IMG/VR virus record: IMGVR_UViG_2690316068_000004
Coordinates: 1-38,076 of that record
Length of the DNA: 38,076 nucleotides
Strand: one strand, 5' to 3'
Source of the DNA: a virus
Lineage: Duplodnaviria > Heunggongvirae > Uroviricota > Caudoviricetes
Shown here in pieces: positions 34,654 to 38,076 of this stretch. The notes under the pieces are model-generated. The model did not search any database. It saw nothing but the letters and a program-made list of their open reading frames with translations, and was not told the DNA's origin. Both the position numbers and the translations under genes were made by a program. Every line of letters begins with the position of its first letter. Position 1 is the first letter of the stretch.

Positions 34654-34763
34654 ATGCCCTCCATAGTAAACACGAATAAAAAATACAATATGTACTTTAC
34701 GAATACAAGTAAAAATACACATTGTGCATGGATGGTTCCAGTACAAAGCGTAATAATAAGGAC
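34654..34763. promoter_or_regulatory. OR/pR/pRM region with candidate operator palindromes
   Basis: 110-bp cro-cI intergenic region; TACAATATGTA (34684..34694) and repeated ATACAA half-sites; shares AAAGTACATATYGTA with OL. Confidence 0.6.
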
Positions 34764-35423
34764 ATGAAAATGAAATGGTATGAACTGGCTAGATCCAGAA
34801 TGAAAGAGCTCGGCATAACTCAAGAGAAGTTAGCCGAAGAGCTAGGTATGACGCAGGGTGGGATTGGACACTGGTTGCGCGGATCTCGTCATCCATCTCT
34901 TAGTGATATTGGTGTGGTGTTTAAATACCTTGGTATTGATAACATATCATTCAACCACGACGGGACATTTTCACCTGTTGGCGAATACTCATCGGCCCCA
35001 GTTAAAAAACAATATGAGTACCCTGTTTTTTCTCATGTTCAGGCTGGGATGTTCTCTCCAGAACTCAGAACCTTTACCAAAGGCGATGCGGAGAGATTGG
35101 TAAGCACAACCAAAAAAGCCAGTGACTCTGCATTCTGGCTTGAGGTTGAAGGTAACTCAATGACCGCACCAACAGGTTCCAAACCCAGCTTTCCTGACGG
35201 GATGTTAATTCTGGTTGACCCTGAGCAAGCTGTTGAGCCCGGCGATTTCTGCATAGCCAGACTTGGTGGTGATGAATTTACCTTCAAGAAACTGATCAGG
35301 GATAGCGGTCAGGTGTTTCTACAGCCACTAAACCCACAATACCCAATGATCCCATGCAATGAGAGTTGTTCCGTTGTGGGGAAAGTTATCGCCAGCCAAT
35401 GGCCTGAAGAGACGTTTGGGTGA
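34764..35423 (+). CDS. cI: CI prophage repressor (N-terminal HTH, C-terminal LexA/S24-like autocleavage domain), non-lambda immunity
   Basis: C-terminus [35 protein letters not shown] matches lambda CI; N-terminal domain differs; AAGGA RBS before ATG 34764. Confidence 0.85.
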   Translation: MKMKWYELARSRMKELGITQEKLAEELGMTQGGIGHWLRGSRHPSLSDIGVVFKYLGIDNISFNHDGTFSPVGEYSSAPVKKQYEYPVFSHVQAGMFSPELRTFTKGDAERLVSTTKKASDSAFWLEVEGNSMTAPTGSKPSFPDGMLILVDPEQAVEPGDFCIARLGGDEFTFKKLIRDSGQVFLQPLNPQYPMIPCNESCSVVGKVIASQWPEETFG

Positions 35424-35462
35424 TGAAACCACTTTTATCTACAATTTACAGGGCGGTAAACA

Positions 35463-36020
35463 TTGGCAAAAATAGATGATTATCAGCCAAGCCAAGTAGA
35501 AGTTGATAAAGTACTTTATTGTAAAAAAATAGTTAACTTTTCTGGCGTTAAATGGAAACAGAAACCAAGTCGCTCTGATATGTGGCTACAAGCTCATATC
35601 ATCCCCTTGGATGAGGATTGTATACCTATACAAGGGCTAAAGTTTGAACTGAAATGGAAACCAGATCAGGATTCAGAACCTGATGACCCGATTTCTTACC
35701 CTAAAATAAATATTATTGCTTTCTATCATAACAAGAGGGTTTTCGCGGTAGATACCTATCACTTTGACAAACACACGAATAGTTACAAGGTCGATCATCC
35801 GAAGTACCAAGATATCATTTACGGTGCTCACTACCATGTATACTATGAAGAAGCTGGATACTATAGTGATAGAATAGCGTTTCCAATCGAAGATGACATA
35901 AACCCAGATGACCTGGTAGGGTATTGGAATTACTTCTGTAAACATCTGAACATAACTTACTCTGGGAGAATACCTTTACCGCTTGAAGATGAGTCGGGGC
36001 AAATGGGGTTTGGAATATGA
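35463..36020 (+). CDS. Hypothetical 185-aa protein, first gene of the module in the rexA slot; TTG start
   Basis: ORF begins 39 nt after the cI stop; AT-rich; acidic, Tyr/His-rich; no TM segments or motifs recognised. Confidence 0.6.
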   Translation: MAKIDDYQPSQVEVDKVLYCKKIVNFSGVKWKQKPSRSDMWLQAHIIPLDEDCIPIQGLKFELKWKPDQDSEPDDPISYPKINIIAFYHNKRVFAVDTYHFDKHTNSYKVDHPKYQDIIYGAHYHVYYEEAGYYSDRIAFPIEDDINPDDLVGYWNYFCKHLNITYSGRIPLPLEDESGQMGFGI

Positions 36021-36769
36021 TGTGCTCAACAGTGATCTCACAACTAGGTTTCGAATGCCATCCAATAGGCAAGACCTTGAGAATTATCAGTCCATTCACT
36101 TACTGTGATGATGGAGAGCATGTCGGTGCCTTTATCCGTGAAGTCAATGGTAGGTATTTAGTTAGTGACAGATGCGATGCCTTAATGAATATGGAGGCAA
36201 GAGGGATCTCGCTTACCAAAAAACGACTTGATGAGATACGACAATTACTGCTTAAAGAAGGCGCAGAACTCAATGCTCGAGGAGAAATCATTGCTTGGGC
36301 AACAGAAAAGGATGTCGGTGCGATTACATCGAACATAATTAGAGCTGGTATACTCGCATCAACTTTGTCGTTAGACTGGTATCAGCCAGTTCAAGCTGAA
36401 AAGTTTGAAAGTATGGTTATTGATTATCTATATCACACAGAGCTTAGAGACGCACTTTCTCTTCGTGAAAACGTATATGGCTTGAGTGGACATCAAATTA
36501 CCGTCCCTGTAACAATAAAAACCGACATACCTAAATACGTTTTTACATCAAGCGTGAAACACGGAGGAAGCTGGAATAGTGCTTACTCATTGCTTGGGAA
36601 ACTAATTGATCTTAAAGCTTCAAGTGAGGAGTATAACAACAGATTTGTTGTTATAGACAGCGAAGCAATTGGTGATCAAATGCAACAACTCTCCTTACTC
36701 TTCCATGAATCAAGCCAAGTTCTACCATTCTCCAAAAGAGAGACTTGGGTTAAGAGACTTGCAGCATAA
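36017..36769 (+). CDS. Hypothetical 250-aa protein, second gene of the module in the rexB slot
   Basis: ATGA start/stop overlap with the upstream ORF; soluble; no homology recognised. Confidence 0.6.
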   Translation: MMCSTVISQLGFECHPIGKTLRIISPFTYCDDGEHVGAFIREVNGRYLVSDRCDALMNMEARGISLTKKRLDEIRQLLLKEGAELNARGEIIAWATEKDVGAITSNIIRAGILASTLSLDWYQPVQAEKFESMVIDYLYHTELRDALSLRENVYGLSGHQITVPVTIKTDIPKYVFTSSVKHGGSWNSAYSLLGKLIDLKASSEEYNNRFVVIDSEAIGDQMQQLSLLFHESSQVLPFSKRETWVKRLAA

Positions 36770-36774
36770 TACAA

Positions 36775-36800
36775 CCCGGCCTCAGCGCCGGGTTTTCTTT
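36775..36800 (+). terminator. Rho-independent terminator ending the cI operon (tImm-like)
   Basis: cccggc-ctcagc-gccggg hairpin followed by ttttcttt. Confidence 0.7.
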
Positions 36801-36972
36801 GCCTCACGTTCGCCCACCTAAAAACACATAACCAATTATATTTATTGAAAAATAAATAGATGCAACCCACTAAACCACGCAATTCTGATCTCTCCTTACA
36901 TCGCCGAGGCAATACATCCACGCTAAAAAACAACACTATTAAATACAAAGCGTTATAAAAAACCACGCCAAC

Positions 36973-37016
36973 TTACAACAAATTGTATTGATCTTGCAAA
37001 GTACATATCGTACTAT
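36973..37016 (+). promoter_or_regulatory. pL promoter with OL operators
   Basis: -35 ttgatc (36988..36993), 17-nt spacer, -10 tactat (37011..37016); operators ttacaacaaattgta (36973..36987) and agtacatatcgtact (37000..37014). Confidence 0.6.
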
Positions 37017-37062
37017 TCAACCGTCAGCAGGACGCTGGAAGCCAAATGGAACAGACTGGCAG

Positions 37063-37107
37063 GCTCTTTAAACAACGTCGACTCTCGACTACGTGGCTGA
37101 AAAGCCA
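37063..37107 (+). promoter_or_regulatory. nutL: boxA (gctctttaaa, 37063..37072) and boxB hairpin (tggctgaaaagcca, 37094..37107)
   Basis: Same boxA/boxB pattern as nutR on the other strand; GAAAA loop as in lambda boxB. Confidence 0.6.
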
Positions 37108-37205
37108 GATCACCCAACCACATAAGATGTGGGATGCAATGCCGAAGCAACCGTCTCAGGAGGAGCTTCGAGATTGCATCGCCAAAGTTTATTCGGGAGG
37201 AATCC

Positions 37206-37478
37206 ATGTCCAGAAAAACAGAATTTAAAGGCACCGCAGCTTCTCGCCGTAGAGCTCGTCGCGCAAATCTGCAAAGTCAGGAGGCGATCAGCTCCGACAA
37301 GCTACACAGGCCAACCCCTTCACGAGTGGTCTTGCAATGCAAGCGCAAACCAGCAATGAGAGCAGAAGTGATAACTCTGACAACGTTGACCAGAAAATAT
37401 GAAGGTTCAACTTGTCTTCCGAACGTAGCTCTTTACGCGGCAGGCTACCGGAAATCAAAACAACTGACGGCGAGATGA
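37206..37478 (+). CDS. N: Antitermination protein N (arginine-rich motif near N-terminus)
   Basis: 90 aa from MSRKTEFKGTAASRRRARRANLQS; GGGAGGAA RBS; downstream of pL and nutL. Confidence 0.7.
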   Translation: MSRKTEFKGTAASRRRARRANLQSQEAISSDKLHRPTPSRVVLQCKRKPAMRAEVITLTTLTRKYEGSTCLPNVALYAAGYRKSKQLTAR

Positions 37479-37494
37479 TAAATTCATTTGCTAA

Positions 37495-38076
37495 TTACTT
37501 GTTTTTGCCATGCTTATCCTGAGCGATAAGTTCATCCATAAGGCTGTCTGCCTTCCCGGCAAACCTAATGTAGCACTCATGTCTATAGCTTTCAGGGATA
37601 ACGAAACGGTCGGTATCAGGATATCCAACAGCAGGAGGCCTTCGAACGAGGAGTCCTTTTTTGAGCAATGAAATTGATTCATGAGCGCCCTTTTCCGTTT
37701 GTAGCTGGTTATTAGCGGCTACAGCGAATGCCAAATACGCTCTTTCTCCAAGAGTTAACGAATCAAACAAATCTTGCACATATTTTTCTTCTTTAGATTT
37801 GCGCTTCTGAGCAGCGAATACCTCAATTCTTTCAGTCACAGCGTGATAAGCGGAATTAACAACGCCGTTAAGCACATAGCTAACGCAAAACAACAGGATG
37901 TAATACATCCAGTAATGAGGAAGGATTTCTGGATTATGCAGGTTTATCCATTCTTTTACGCTTACCGGCATAACAATAATCAATATGATCAGGATGATTA
38001 GCATATGAATCAACTGTTTAAGTGTCATTCCTTGCAGGAAAAAATGCATTAGTTCCTGCCACCATGAGTTGTTCAT
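37495..38076 (-). CDS. sieB: SieB-like superinfection exclusion protein; start is at the window edge so may be 5'-truncated
   Basis: 193 aa with hydrophobic N-terminal segments (MLIILIILIIVMPV; YILLFCVSYVL); convergent with N, where lambda sieB lies. Confidence 0.55.
   Translation of the reverse strand: MNNSWWQELMHFFLQGMTLKQLIHMLIILIILIIVMPVSVKEWINLHNPEILPHYWMYYILLFCVSYVLNGVVNSAYHAVTERIEVFAAQKRKSKEEKYVQDLFDSLTLGERAYLAFAVAANNQLQTEKGAHESISLLKKGLLVRRPPAVGYPDTDRFVIPESYRHECYIRFAGKADSLMDELIAQDKHGKNK

Noticed and set aside
36676-37234. Minus-strand ORFs of 96 aa (36676..36966) and 73 aa (37013..37234)
   Set aside because: They overlap the tImm terminator, the pL/OL region and nutL, antisense to the N leader; no RBS.

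Overview
The window is an almost complete lambda-like (lambdoid) prophage of an E. coli-type enterobacterium, with the lambda left arm on the minus strand. Reading left to right: a SitD-like ABC permease gene and a ~1 kb AT-rich junction (1..1862); then Stf, Lom, J, I, K, L, M, H, G/G-T, V, U, Z, FII, FI, E, D, C/Nu3, B, W, A, Nu1 on the minus strand; cos (cosN ~24776..24787); an accessory block (small secreted protein, TonB-C-like lipoprotein, Bor); the lysis cassette (Rz/Rz1, lysozyme, two inserted ORFs, S21-type holin); two tRNAs; Q; the nin region (phosphatase, NinG, NinF, NinE, a Dam-like methyltransferase, NinB, Ren); P, O with ori iterons, oop/tO, cII, nutR, cro; then on the plus strand cI, a two-gene AT-rich module in the rexAB slot, a terminator, pL/OL, nutL and N; and a convergent SieB-like gene at the right edge. 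All calls rest on my reading of the six-frame translations against remembered lambda proteins; no database search was run. The most interesting item is the unrecognised, translationally coupled two-gene module downstream of cI (35463..36769), a candidate lysogen-expressed phage-exclusion system. Two apparent inactivating lesions also stand out: an in-frame TAG in terminase large subunit A and a 1-nt frameshift that fuses the lysozyme ORF to Rz. Both need resequencing before being called real.
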